DNA from: Candidatus Hydrogenedentota bacterium
GTDB taxonomy: Bacteria; Hydrogenedentota; Hydrogenedentia; Hydrogenedentales; SLHB01
Length of the DNA: 16,949 nt
Assembly: GCA_045863335.1 (NCBI GenBank)
Contig: BTVY01000020.1
Coordinates: 91,722 to 108,670 of the forward strand
Direction: 5' to 3'
The notes below the pieces were generated by a model. It was not told where the DNA came from, made no database searches, and worked only from the letters and a program-made list of their open reading frames with translations. Position numbers and translations under genes: made by a program. Positions 7,833 through 16,027 of this stretch are shown here, one piece after another (positions within the stretch are counted from its first letter, which is position 1; each line of letters starts with the position of its first letter).

Positions 7833-9035
7833 TTATGCCGTCAAGACCGCCCGCGCTTTGCGCAGCCGCTCGTCAATACGAATCCCCTGCGGGCACGCCT
7901 TGATGGCCTCGGCCAGATCGACCCGCTCATAATCCCGTTCTTCCACGCCCAGTGCGTTGTACAGCAAACGGGCCGTCTCGGGATCGCCGTAGCACTCGTG
8001 ATACATGAGGTACCGGAGCGCATCCGCAACCTTGAGCTTCCCGGCGATTTTGCCTTCGCAGATTTGATTGCACCCCAGGCACGCGTACGACGCCGTCATG
8101 CGCGCCAGCCGGTTCAACTGATGAAACTCGTTCATCGTCAGGTTCACCGGCGACATTGCGGCCGTCGCGTTTTCTTCCAGTATCTGCAAGTTGTCCATCT
8201 GGCTGACACAACCGTCGATCCGCTCGTCGGCCCACACCGCCTTGAGTTTCGCCTGCGGCAACGTGAAGTCCTTGGACTGGAACTCGACGACCTTCTCCAA
8301 ATCCTCCGGTACGGACGATTGGGTCTTCATCGCGAGCAGTCCGATCCCCGCCTTCTTTGCGGCGTCCATCGCCTTGTTCAATTCCACGTCCCCATACTGC
8401 CGGAAGTTATACCGGAACATGATCGCGTCGATACCCCCGACACTCGCCGCTTTGGAAATCATCTCCGGCACGTTGCCGTGGTGACAGGAAAAACCGAAGA
8501 ACTTCGTTTTCCCGCTCTTTTTCATGTCGTCGCCGGCCTTGATGAACTCGGGATCGAGATAACGCGGGTCCTGGATCATGTGCATGAAGAACATGTTGAC
8601 GTAGTCGGTCTCGAGATTGGCGAGACAGTCGTCCAGACCCTTCTTCAATCCTTCGCCCGTGGTGCGCTCCCCTTCCATCTCGACTTTGGTCGTGATCCAG
8701 ACCTTGTCCCGGCCGACCTGCTTGTGGAAGACCGCCACGCCCTTCTGGGACTGGCCGCCGCCGTATTTCTCCGCCGTATCGATGTACTCGATGCCGAATC
8801 CATGCGCGCGATGCAGCGACCGGTCGTACTTCATGTCGAACGTCCGCGATCCTCCCATGAAGATGATCGGAATCGTTTCGCCCGTCGTGCCGAGTTGTCG
8901 TCGCGGCACCGTCGTAGCCGCCGCGTCCGCGTTCTGCGCTTCTGCCGTGGTTGCCGCGAGGCCCGAAACACCGGCGCCAACCCCGCCCATGGCAACCCCT
9001 TTCATGAACGATCGTCTGTCCATTGCACTCTTCAT
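7833..9035 (-). CDS. Tat-signal aldo/keto reductase with C-terminal Fe-S domain, 400 aa
   Basis: ATG at 9035 with RBS AGAAGGA (the ORF-track start at 9173 is likely too long); Tat signal MDRRSFMK...AEA; catalytic tetrad DTAEKY / TTK / FFMH; FFGFSCH; GIGLLAMK; C-terminal CLGCNQIC...CPQG. Confidence 0.9.
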   Translation of the reverse strand: MKSAMDRRSFMKGVAMGGVGAGVSGLAATTAEAQNADAAATTVPRRQLGTTGETIPIIFMGGSRTFDMKYDRSLHRAHGFGIEYIDTAEKYGGGQSQKGVAVFHKQVGRDKVWITTKVEMEGERTTGEGLKKGLDDCLANLETDYVNMFFMHMIQDPRYLDPEFIKAGDDMKKSGKTKFFGFSCHHGNVPEMISKAASVGGIDAIMFRYNFRQYGDVELNKAMDAAKKAGIGLLAMKTQSSVPEDLEKVVEFQSKDFTLPQAKLKAVWADERIDGCVSQMDNLQILEENATAAMSPVNLTMNEFHQLNRLARMTASYACLGCNQICEGKIAGKLKVADALRYLMYHECYGDPETARLLYNALGVEERDYERVDLAEAIKACPQGIRIDERLRKARAVLTA

Positions 9036-9200
9036 GCGAAGGTTCCTTCTTTCCCGGTTAGTGCCTCGAATTCCGGCTTTCACGTCGAACAACAAGCAAC
9101 TTCTATACGGTATGTCACGTCTCAGCGCGGCTGATAAGAAGTTCCAGATCAGCCGGGGCGAAACCCGTCCCACCAGGAACTCCCTTCGCTCCGGCGTGTG

Positions 9201-9262
9201 ATTCGAATTTAGAACATTAGAATTTGTTTCGGATTTCGTGCTTCGGATTTCGAATTTCGTTC
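9201..9262. repeat. Heptameric tandem-repeat element (TTCGGAT/TTCGAAT-type)
   Basis: AT-rich run TTCGAAT TTAGAAC ATTAGAAT TTGT TTCGGAT TTCGTGC TTCGGAT TTCGAAT TTCGTTC in a GC-rich background; a degenerate inverted copy is split by the IS at 13380-13397 + 14735-14750. Confidence 0.8.
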
Positions 9263-9296
9263 CGTACCGAGTCCTCGAAAAATCCGACGACAGTCT

Positions 9297-10970
9297 TTAC
9301 GCCTGTGTTTCGCCACGTTTCTTCAGCAGCAGTTTCCGTTCGTTGGACCGGCTCTCTCCGACGGCCGTGACATAAACCGCGCGGTCATCTTTTACCGGAC
9401 ACTCATGCTCACAAATTCCGCACCCAATGCACAGGTCTGGAACCATGAACGGCTTGTTCAGTACCACGATATTGCCGTACACGTCCTTGGCTTCAACGTC
9501 TTTCGTTTGAATGGCCTTCGGCGAAGTCGGACACACCTCCTCGCACACCACGCACGGAATCTCCATCGCATGCGGCAGGCACCGGCCTGTGTCAAAAAAC
9601 GCAGTACCCAACTGAATGGGCCCCTGCTCCTCGAATTGTCCTTTGCCCAGCTTCTCTTCGACCGTGATCTTCCGGATCGCGCCTGTGGGACAAACCTCCG
9701 AACACATGGTGCATTTGAGCTGGCAGTGCCCAAGCTCGAAGTTCATCACCGGCGTCCACAATCCCTCCAGCCCCGCTTCTTTGAATGTGGCGGGCTGAAG
9801 CACGTTGGTCGGACACGAGTTGATGCACTGATCGCACTTGATGCACTTCGCGAGAAAGTCGCTCTCTTCCACCGACCCGGGCGGACGCATCAGACTCGGT
9901 TCGAAATGATCGTCCGTATTCACCCCGTGGTTCCGGATGAACGGCACGGCCAACACGCCTGCCACCCCCGCGAAGATCCACTTGCGCCGCGACACGTCAG
10001 GGCCTGGCTTGACCTGTTTCGTATCAAGCTTGAACGCCGTGAACGACAACGCGTCCTCCGGACAATCGTCGATGCAGTTCATGCAGGAAAAGCACTCGCT
10101 CTGCCGCAGAATCCCCTGCGGATCGGAAGCGCCTTCGCAGCGCGTCAAGCACAGGTTGCAATCCGTGCACTTGTGCACGTCGCGGTTAATGCGGAACACC
10201 GCGAATCGCGAAAAGACGCCGAGCAACGCACCCAAAGGACACAACACGCGGCAAAAGAACCGCGGTATGTACAGGTTCATCGCGACGAGCCCAAAGATCA
10301 TCACGCCGATCCAGAAGGAGCCGACAAAGACCCGGCTTGTCACGCCCGGCGCAAACTTCAGGTTGTCGATCCAGAGCGTGTCGAGATTCAGCCCGTGCGC
10401 CGTAACGGACGCCTGCGTGACACCCATGTCAAACATGGGCGCGAACACCGTCGCGAAACTGCGGTACATAAGACAAATCGGATCGAGCAGGCCAATCTGC
10501 AGCGCGCCCATCCAGGCCATGATTAGAAAGACCGTCAGTATGAGGTACTTGACGTAATAGAGGTTCTTGTACCGGTTCTGGTCAATGCGATCCGTCGCCT
10601 TGTGAACGTTGAACAGCCACCCCACGAACTGGTGCAAAGTCCCGTAGGGGCAAATCCAGTTGCAGAACACGCGCCCAAACAACAGCGTGATCGCAAGAAT
10701 GAGCAGTCCCCACCCGAGATAGCGGTAGACGTATCCCGTGGACAACATGGTCGAGATCATGACCAGCGGGTCCATCTCGAGAATGCGGGACACCGGGTAA
10801 CCGCCCAGCCGCGTGGTCCACGTCGCCCAAACAGAAAACATGAAGACGGCGAAGAAGAAAATCTGCGACAGAATCCGGATGTTCGTGATGCGAAGTGCCT
10901 TGCGGACGGAGAAATTCTCCCACTTCGCCTTGCCGCTCTTGACCAGCTTTACTGCCTTGCTCTCAGCCAT
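9297..10970 (-). CDS. Membrane polyferredoxin: NapH/MauN-like membrane domain fused to a NapG/MauM-like 4Fe-4S domain, 557 aa
   Basis: About four N-terminal TM helices; two CxxxCP motifs ([16 protein letters not shown]); [11 protein letters not shown] and [12 protein letters not shown]; then SRRKWI plus a hydrophobic helix; LMRPPGS; [47 protein letters not shown]. Confidence 0.92.
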   Translation of the reverse strand: MAESKAVKLVKSGKAKWENFSVRKALRITNIRILSQIFFFAVFMFSVWATWTTRLGGYPVSRILEMDPLVMISTMLSTGYVYRYLGWGLLILAITLLFGRVFCNWICPYGTLHQFVGWLFNVHKATDRIDQNRYKNLYYVKYLILTVFLIMAWMGALQIGLLDPICLMYRSFATVFAPMFDMGVTQASVTAHGLNLDTLWIDNLKFAPGVTSRVFVGSFWIGVMIFGLVAMNLYIPRFFCRVLCPLGALLGVFSRFAVFRINRDVHKCTDCNLCLTRCEGASDPQGILRQSECFSCMNCIDDCPEDALSFTAFKLDTKQVKPGPDVSRRKWIFAGVAGVLAVPFIRNHGVNTDDHFEPSLMRPPGSVEESDFLAKCIKCDQCINSCPTNVLQPATFKEAGLEGLWTPVMNFELGHCQLKCTMCSEVCPTGAIRKITVEEKLGKGQFEEQGPIQLGTAFFDTGRCLPHAMEIPCVVCEEVCPTSPKAIQTKDVEAKDVYGNIVVLNKPFMVPDLCIGCGICEHECPVKDDRAVYVTAVGESRSNERKLLLKKRGETQA

Positions 10971-10976
10971 GACGTC

Positions 10977-12023
10977 TTACACCTGGGTCTCGCGCACGCG
11001 CCCGTACCAATCCAACGACCCGCTCCCCTTTTCCTCCGCCTTGTAAAGGTATTGGGGATAATCGCGGCCCCGTTCGAGCAGGTATTCGAAGGCCCACGCG
11101 TCGCAGGCCACCGGATCAACGGAGGCTAGGACGGCATCGCCCTTCTTCACGTTCGACGGATCGCCGCCGGTCGGACCGTTCTGCATGAGCACATGGGTTC
11201 CGTCGAGGATCGTCAGCGTGGGTTTCATCATGATCGACAGATCGGACACGATCCCATGGATGTCCTGATGAAATTGGTTCCGCGTTCCGCCCAGAAGGCC
11301 GTACCAGTTCTTCATCCCCATCGACGCCCCGCAAAGGTTGTGGTCCTTAACCGGAGACAGGCCGATGACCTTGTCCACGTTCGTGAAGGGCCGATGGAAG
11401 AACCACCAGTTCTCTATCAATTCCGCGCCCGGCGTGTTCAGCATCTTGAAGGCATTGGAATCGGGCAGGTACACCCGCCCCCCCGCTTCGACCGTCGCCG
11501 CGTCGATCTTGCTCTTCGCAAAACAGTCCGGCGGAGACTCAATCGGGTTATCCGCGACACGCACTTCCTGCGCCCGGCAATCGACGAGGAGCATGTGAAT
11601 GAGTTCTTTGAGCAGTTTCGGATTCGACGTGGCGCCCAGGTTCGGCGCGCGGTCGAACGCGACGTTCGGCTTTACCAGCACGATGTCGCCGGGCTTGATG
11701 TAATGGTCAAGACCTCCCACGCCGTCCAGCGCCGCGCGCAACATCGTCGCGGGTTCCTCGCCCCGGCCAATGCCCACGTCGGACGCGCTCGCCGGTTTGG
11801 CGACTTGATAGGTTCCCGGCAATTGAAGCGGCTTCACGACCGGCACGCTGCGAAGGCCGGTCGGATCCTTTAACGACAGCGGCCAGTCCGACGGCGCCCA
11901 TGCCAGATACCCGGCGGCGGCACTAATGCCTCCCACCGTGCCCAGGCGGCCGAAGAAGGCGCGCCGGTCCATCGGCGCCTTCTCGTATTCCGGATGCTGG
12001 ATTGTCTTAGGCTTCTTCTTCAT
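10977..12023 (-). CDS. Tat-signal DUF362 domain protein, 348 aa
   Basis: MDRRAFF twin-arginine motif plus hydrophobic stretch; DUF362-type motifs IKPGDIVLVKPN, ATSNP, VKDH..SMGMKNWYG, NGPTGG, DPVACDA. Overlaps the upstream gene and ends 6 nt before the polyferredoxin start. Confidence 0.88.
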   Translation of the reverse strand: MKKKPKTIQHPEYEKAPMDRRAFFGRLGTVGGISAAAGYLAWAPSDWPLSLKDPTGLRSVPVVKPLQLPGTYQVAKPASASDVGIGRGEEPATMLRAALDGVGGLDHYIKPGDIVLVKPNVAFDRAPNLGATSNPKLLKELIHMLLVDCRAQEVRVADNPIESPPDCFAKSKIDAATVEAGGRVYLPDSNAFKMLNTPGAELIENWWFFHRPFTNVDKVIGLSPVKDHNLCGASMGMKNWYGLLGGTRNQFHQDIHGIVSDLSIMMKPTLTILDGTHVLMQNGPTGGDPSNVKKGDAVLASVDPVACDAWAFEYLLERGRDYPQYLYKAEEKGSGSLDWYGRVRETQV

Positions 12024-13122
12024 CGCTCAGGAAAGCCTCCTGCAATGTTGCGAGGGTCCCTTCCGCGTCGAGTTCCGCGGACGCGCCGTCGAACCCGAAC
12101 ACCCATGGGCCTACCTGCTTCATGGCGAGTCGGGTCTCGAGGAACTTGTGGGTCAGAATGACGCTGTCTTCGGTGCGAAGTACCTCGTCGTAGTCGTAGA
12201 GATTGTTTTCTACCAGTTGGTCGAATAGTTCCCTTGCAGCATCGTCACTATCGGCCTTATGAACATAGTACCTGAAATCTTCGTGGATGTCAGGAGTCCC
12301 GAACCAGAAATCTTGGGCAAACTGGAACTGGAACACGTCGTTCTTCTCGAACCCTATGCCCGCAAAGGGGATATTGAGCACCTCCCGGAAGACGGTAAAC
12401 GCCCGGGGCGGCTCCGTATCCCCTCCCGGCAAAGCCGAAAACGTGTCCAGAATCTGCATGGCCTTGTCAGTTATGGCCGGCGCCTCCTCGTTGCCGGTCA
12501 ATTTGAAGTAGTATTGATTGACGATGCCAATGGCCCCAATCGTCGTTGGGTAATAGTGAGCGTTCCCCGACTGCTCCAACTCCCGGTCCTGGTCGCGCTG
12601 CGCGGCGAAGATGCCCAAGGCATTCTCGAAGGCGCCCATGTCGTAGAGTTCGATGTTGAGTTCCAGCCCTTCCGCCGCCCGCTCCAGACCGATGAAATGA
12701 AGCCGGACGAAACCGAACTGAAAATACTGAGGCGCGGCGCCGTTGATCTTCTCGTATAGATTGGATTCGTCAAACTCCTGAATCCGTGTCGCGGGCGTCC
12801 AACCGCCGTCCAGGATCTCCGGTGGAAAGATCCCCACGTCTACGGTCGCCGCGGACGCAGTACCACCCCCCTGCCCGGGCTCGGACCAGCGTTGGAGCGG
12901 CGTCCGGTAGAGGTTGTCCTCAACGCTCCCCTCTTCCATCAACTCCATGGAAATGTCGCGCTCGGTCGGATCGAAATCGTCCCGCTTGGCCAGGAACCAC
13001 CAACCCATCCCGATCACGATGAGCACGAACACCGCGCCAAACGCAATCTCGCCGGTCGGGATCTGCGTCCGAAACACACGACGCTTCCGCTGATTGAAAA
13101 TGGGATCTTTCTTCTTGGCCAT
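12007..13122 (-). CDS. Membrane-anchored DUF6599-like protein, 371 aa
   Basis: Basic N-terminus, single TM (IAFGAVFVLIVIGMGWWFLA), motifs SNLYEKINGAAPQYFQFGF and IELYDMGAFENALGIF paralogous to 5594..6547; 17-nt overlap with the DUF362 gene suggests translational coupling. Confidence 0.82.
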   Translation of the reverse strand: MAKKKDPIFNQRKRRVFRTQIPTGEIAFGAVFVLIVIGMGWWFLAKRDDFDPTERDISMELMEEGSVEDNLYRTPLQRWSEPGQGGGTASAATVDVGIFPPEILDGGWTPATRIQEFDESNLYEKINGAAPQYFQFGFVRLHFIGLERAAEGLELNIELYDMGAFENALGIFAAQRDQDRELEQSGNAHYYPTTIGAIGIVNQYYFKLTGNEEAPAITDKAMQILDTFSALPGGDTEPPRAFTVFREVLNIPFAGIGFEKNDVFQFQFAQDFWFGTPDIHEDFRYYVHKADSDDAARELFDQLVENNLYDYDEVLRTEDSVILTHKFLETRLAMKQVGPWVFGFDGASAELDAEGTLATLQEAFLSDEEEA

Positions 13123-13196
13123 GGATACTACCTGCCTGTTGCCTTGCCAGCGGGATTAGTTGTACTTCACACCAGGGGATCCGGTCAATCCAACCA

Positions 13197-13220
13197 GTAG
13201 GTCGGGAATGATTCCCGACC
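13197..13220 (+). repeat. GTAG-type REP, second family (copy 1)
   Basis: GTAG-GTCGGGAAT-G-ATTCCCGAC-C, a GTAG head plus a perfect palindrome; an inverted relative lies at 15079-15101. Confidence 0.75.
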
Positions 13221-13397
13221 AGGAAGTTCTAGAGAAATCCGTCTCGACAAACACCTTCAATCCTGTTCAGGCAAACGGATTTGCCATCTCCGATACACGC
13301 TGCCAACGCGGATTCGTCGGCAAGGTCCACAACCAGAGGTTGCACGCGACCGCCTCAGATCCCGAGCACCACCACAACCAAATTTGAAACTCGAAGC

Positions 13398-14725
13398 CAC
13401 TACTGTCCGGTTGAGTTTTTGAAATTCAATTGGAAGCATAGTATTTACAGCATCTTGTATAGAAGAATGATCGTTTCCGATTTCGCGATGGTTTCGGTTT
13501 GTGACCATACTCCGAGGAGACTTTCACTCGGGGGGATGGCCTATGCACACCGGACGGCTTGTGTTCGCTCAACTTCTCGACTTCATTCCACGACACGAAT
13601 TCAATCGATGCGCTCGACGATATCGCGGCAACCATCGAGTTCGTTCGTTCTCCTGCTGGGACCAATTTTTGTGTATGGTCTTCGCCCAATTGACGGGGCG
13701 AGAGAGCCTGCGCGATATCGAGACCTGTCTGCGCGCCATGCACCCCAAGCTCTACCATGCAGGCATTCGGGGACACGTCTCGCGCAGTACCTTGGCGGAT
13801 GCAAACGAAACACGCGACTGGCGCATCTATGCAGACTTCGCTCAGACACTCATCACCACCGCACGAACGCTTTACGCGCGCGAAGAGTTTGGTGTCCAAC
13901 TCGCTCACACCGCCTATGTGTTCGACTCGACGACCATAGACCTGTGTCTTGCGTTGTTTCCATGGGCCCATTTCCGTCGGCACAAAGGAGCCGTGAAACT
14001 TCACACGCTGCTCGATCTGCATGGCGGTATTCCTTGCTTTATCCGCGTAACGCATGCCAAAACGCACGATGTCACTGCTCTCGACTATCTCGTCTTGGAG
14101 CCGGGCTCTTATTACATCATGGACCGCGGCTACATCGACTTTGCACGACTGTATCGCTTCAACGAAGCCCTGTCATTCTTTGTGGTGCGCTCCAAGAAGA
14201 ACCTCGACTATCAGCGCCGAGCATGCCGCCCCGTCGACAAGACAACTGGACTGCGTGCCGATCAAACCATCGTACTCTGCGGTCCCAAAACCTCTCAGCA
14301 GTATCCGGTTCCTCTACGACGCATCACCTACTTCGACTCCGTGAACCACACGCACTTCGTGTTTCTTGCCAACAACTTCGACTTGCCCGCCCTGACCATC
14401 GCTCAGCTTTACCGGTGCCGATGGCAAGTCGAACTCTTCTTCAAATGGGTCAAGCAGCACTTGCACATCAAGTCGTTTTATGGGACTTCCGAGAACGCGG
14501 TCAAGACCCAAATCTGGATTGCCGTCGCGACATACCTCTTGGTGGCGATTATCAAGAAAAGACTCAACCTCGCTTGGAGTCTGAACGAAATCCTGCAAAT
14601 ACTGAGCATCTCTCTTTTCGAAAATACCCCGATTTTACAGGCGTTTTCGCCCGATGAACGACAAACGCAAAGTAACCTCCTGCGTAACCAGATGGAACTA
14701 TTCAACTTTTAACCGGACAGCAGTG
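13398..14725 (+). mobile_element. Complete IS4-family insertion sequence, 1328 bp (CA...TG ends, probably IS4Sa-like)
   Basis: IRL CACTACTGTCCGGTT (13398-13412); IRR AACCGGACAGCAGTG (14711-14725, 14/15 match); perfect 9-bp target duplication ACTCGAAGC at 13389-13397 and 14726-14734; visibly lower GC than the flanks. Confidence 0.95.
13543..14712 (+). CDS. IS4-family DDE transposase (DUF4372-type N-terminus), 389 aa
   Basis: MHTGRLVFAQLLDF..FSCWDQFLCMVFAQLTGRESLRDIE; catalytic FDSTTI and MDRGY; IS4 signature Y-(2)-R-(3)-E-(6)-K in YRCRWQVELFFKWVK; the stop codon overlaps the right IR; reading frame intact. Confidence 0.95.
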   Translation: MHTGRLVFAQLLDFIPRHEFNRCARRYRGNHRVRSFSCWDQFLCMVFAQLTGRESLRDIETCLRAMHPKLYHAGIRGHVSRSTLADANETRDWRIYADFAQTLITTARTLYAREEFGVQLAHTAYVFDSTTIDLCLALFPWAHFRRHKGAVKLHTLLDLHGGIPCFIRVTHAKTHDVTALDYLVLEPGSYYIMDRGYIDFARLYRFNEALSFFVVRSKKNLDYQRRACRPVDKTTGLRADQTIVLCGPKTSQQYPVPLRRITYFDSVNHTHFVFLANNFDLPALTIAQLYRCRWQVELFFKWVKQHLHIKSFYGTSENAVKTQIWIAVATYLLVAIIKKRLNLAWSLNEILQILSISLFENTPILQAFSPDERQTQSNLLRNQMELFNF

Positions 14726-14930
14726 ACTCGAAGCACAGAATCCAAAACAACTCTCAATACTTCAACGACCGGCCGATGTGCTAAGTCGACACAAAGGCGA
14801 TCGCGACATTGCATCCCCGGAAGCACGACCTGGGAGCAACCCCGAATCGCCGCATTTCGTGATCCGAATTGGCCCCGAAGGTAATCCCTTGAGCGTCGCT
14901 CAGAATCGCCGTAGGCCCTGCTACGTATAA

Positions 14931-15031
14931 GCCCCGAAGGGGCGCGAGGTTGTAGCCCAGGGTGGAGCGAGGCACGAGCGAAACCCTGGGTCACGCAGCC
15001 GCCTTCCCTCACTCAGCCCCCGAACGGGGGC
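14931..15031. repeat. Tri-hairpin REP-like element (copy B)
   Basis: GCCCC-GAA-GGGGC (14931-14943); GTAG then CCCAGGGT (14956-14963) pairing with ACCCTGGG (14983-14990); GCCCCC-GAAC-GGGGGC (15016-15031). Confidence 0.75.
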
Positions 15032-15078
15032 GGCAGAATCTGCGAGGATGCCCAAATCTGCGCGGCGAAAAAGCCTAT

Positions 15079-15101
15079 GCTGGGAAACATTCCCGACCTA
15101 C
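15079..15101 (-). repeat. GTAG-type REP, second family (copy 2, inverted)
   Basis: The minus strand reads GTAGGTCGGGAATGTTTCCCAGC, 20/23 identical to 13197-13219; its TAG is the stop codon of the hydrolase gene. Confidence 0.7.
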
Positions 15102-16006
15102 GATTTCGCCAACGCCTTCCGGAAGAACTCTACCATCCGCGCCATGGGATCCCCCCCGTCTTTCGGCTGGCACCCGTGCCCGCCCGTCTTGTAGATCTCG
15201 ATCTCCGCATCGACCCCGGCCTCCCGCAACCTCGCATACATCTGCTGCGACTGCGGCCACGGGACCGTCGAATCGTCTTTGCAATGGATAAAGAGCACCG
15301 GCGGGTCCGCCGCGTCCACGTGGTTGATGGCGGACGCATCACGCCACGCCGCGCTGTCCGCGGAAAAATCCTCGCCAATCCATTCGCCATTCGTGTCGGA
15401 CTTCGTCTCGTGGCGAGGTTGCAACGCGATTTGCTCCGCGTCCGTGAACCGCGCGACGAAGTCATACACCCCTGCAAAACCGGCCGCCGCCTGGATCCGG
15501 CTCGACTGCGTCGGCCCGTCGCCGCCGTCTTCCGGCTCATCCATCACCGCCAGCAACACGGCCAAGGTGCCGCCCGCCGACCGTCCCATCGCCCCGATCC
15601 GGTCCGGTTCGATGCCGTACTCGCCGCTCACGCTCCGCACGTAACGCACCGCCGCCCGCACATCGGCCATCGTGTCCTTGTAGGTATGCTTGGGCCGTCC
15701 CCGGTACGCAATCGTCGCCGCCGCGAACCCATGCTCCGCCAGGTACTCCGCGAAGGACCGGAACCGCTTCCCATCCTGCGGACTGAATCCCCCGCCCTGG
15801 ATCACAATCACACACGGCACAGCCTCATCCGTCGACGCCGGCAGAAACAAGTCCAGCGCCAGCTTCTCCCCCGGTTCCGCAAAGACCAAGCCTTCGTGGA
15901 TCTTCAAAGCTGGTGCAGCTTCCCCGGCCGCACGAGGAGACTCCTCATCAGCGAGTGAAATCGCCCAACCACTAACGATCATCGCAATCGTCAAACAGAT
16001 TCGCAT
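15098..16006 (-). CDS. Secreted alpha/beta hydrolase (HSL/BD-FAE-like esterase), 302 aa
   Basis: Signal peptide MRICLTIAMIVSGWAISLA; LALDLFLP; IQGGGF (oxyanion loop); nucleophile GRSAGG; PPVLFIHCKDDSTVP (Asp); GGHG (His). ATG at 16006 with AGGA upstream. Confidence 0.9.
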   Translation of the reverse strand: MRICLTIAMIVSGWAISLADEESPRAAGEAAPALKIHEGLVFAEPGEKLALDLFLPASTDEAVPCVIVIQGGGFSPQDGKRFRSFAEYLAEHGFAAATIAYRGRPKHTYKDTMADVRAAVRYVRSVSGEYGIEPDRIGAMGRSAGGTLAVLLAVMDEPEDGGDGPTQSSRIQAAAGFAGVYDFVARFTDAEQIALQPRHETKSDTNGEWIGEDFSADSAAWRDASAINHVDAADPPVLFIHCKDDSTVPWPQSQQMYARLREAGVDAEIEIYKTGGHGCQPKDGGDPMARMVEFFRKALAKS

Positions 16007-16027
16007 GGCCAATCCTGAAAGCAGGGT

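Noticed and set aside
7998-10526. Plus-strand ORFs 7998..9134 and 9405..10526
   Set aside because: Antisense shadows of the AKR and polyferredoxin genes.
9297-10970. Calling the polyferredoxin napH/napG or mauN/mauM
   Set aside because: It is a fusion, and no nitrate reductase or methylamine dehydrogenase genes are present; those symbols would imply an unsupported function.
13159-13188. Minus-strand TTGACC-N18-TACAAC promoter for the DUF6599-DUF362 operon
   Set aside because: The position is plausible, but the 18-nt spacer and missing final T of the -10 make it too weak to call.
13281-14657. 458-aa plus-frame ORF and 213-aa antisense ORF (13426..14067) overlapping the transposase
   Set aside because: The first crosses the IS boundary and neither has recognisable motifs; the transposase is complete in one frame, so no frameshift product is needed.
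15077-15958. 293-aa Arg-rich plus-strand ORF
   Set aside because: Antisense shadow of the alpha/beta hydrolase.
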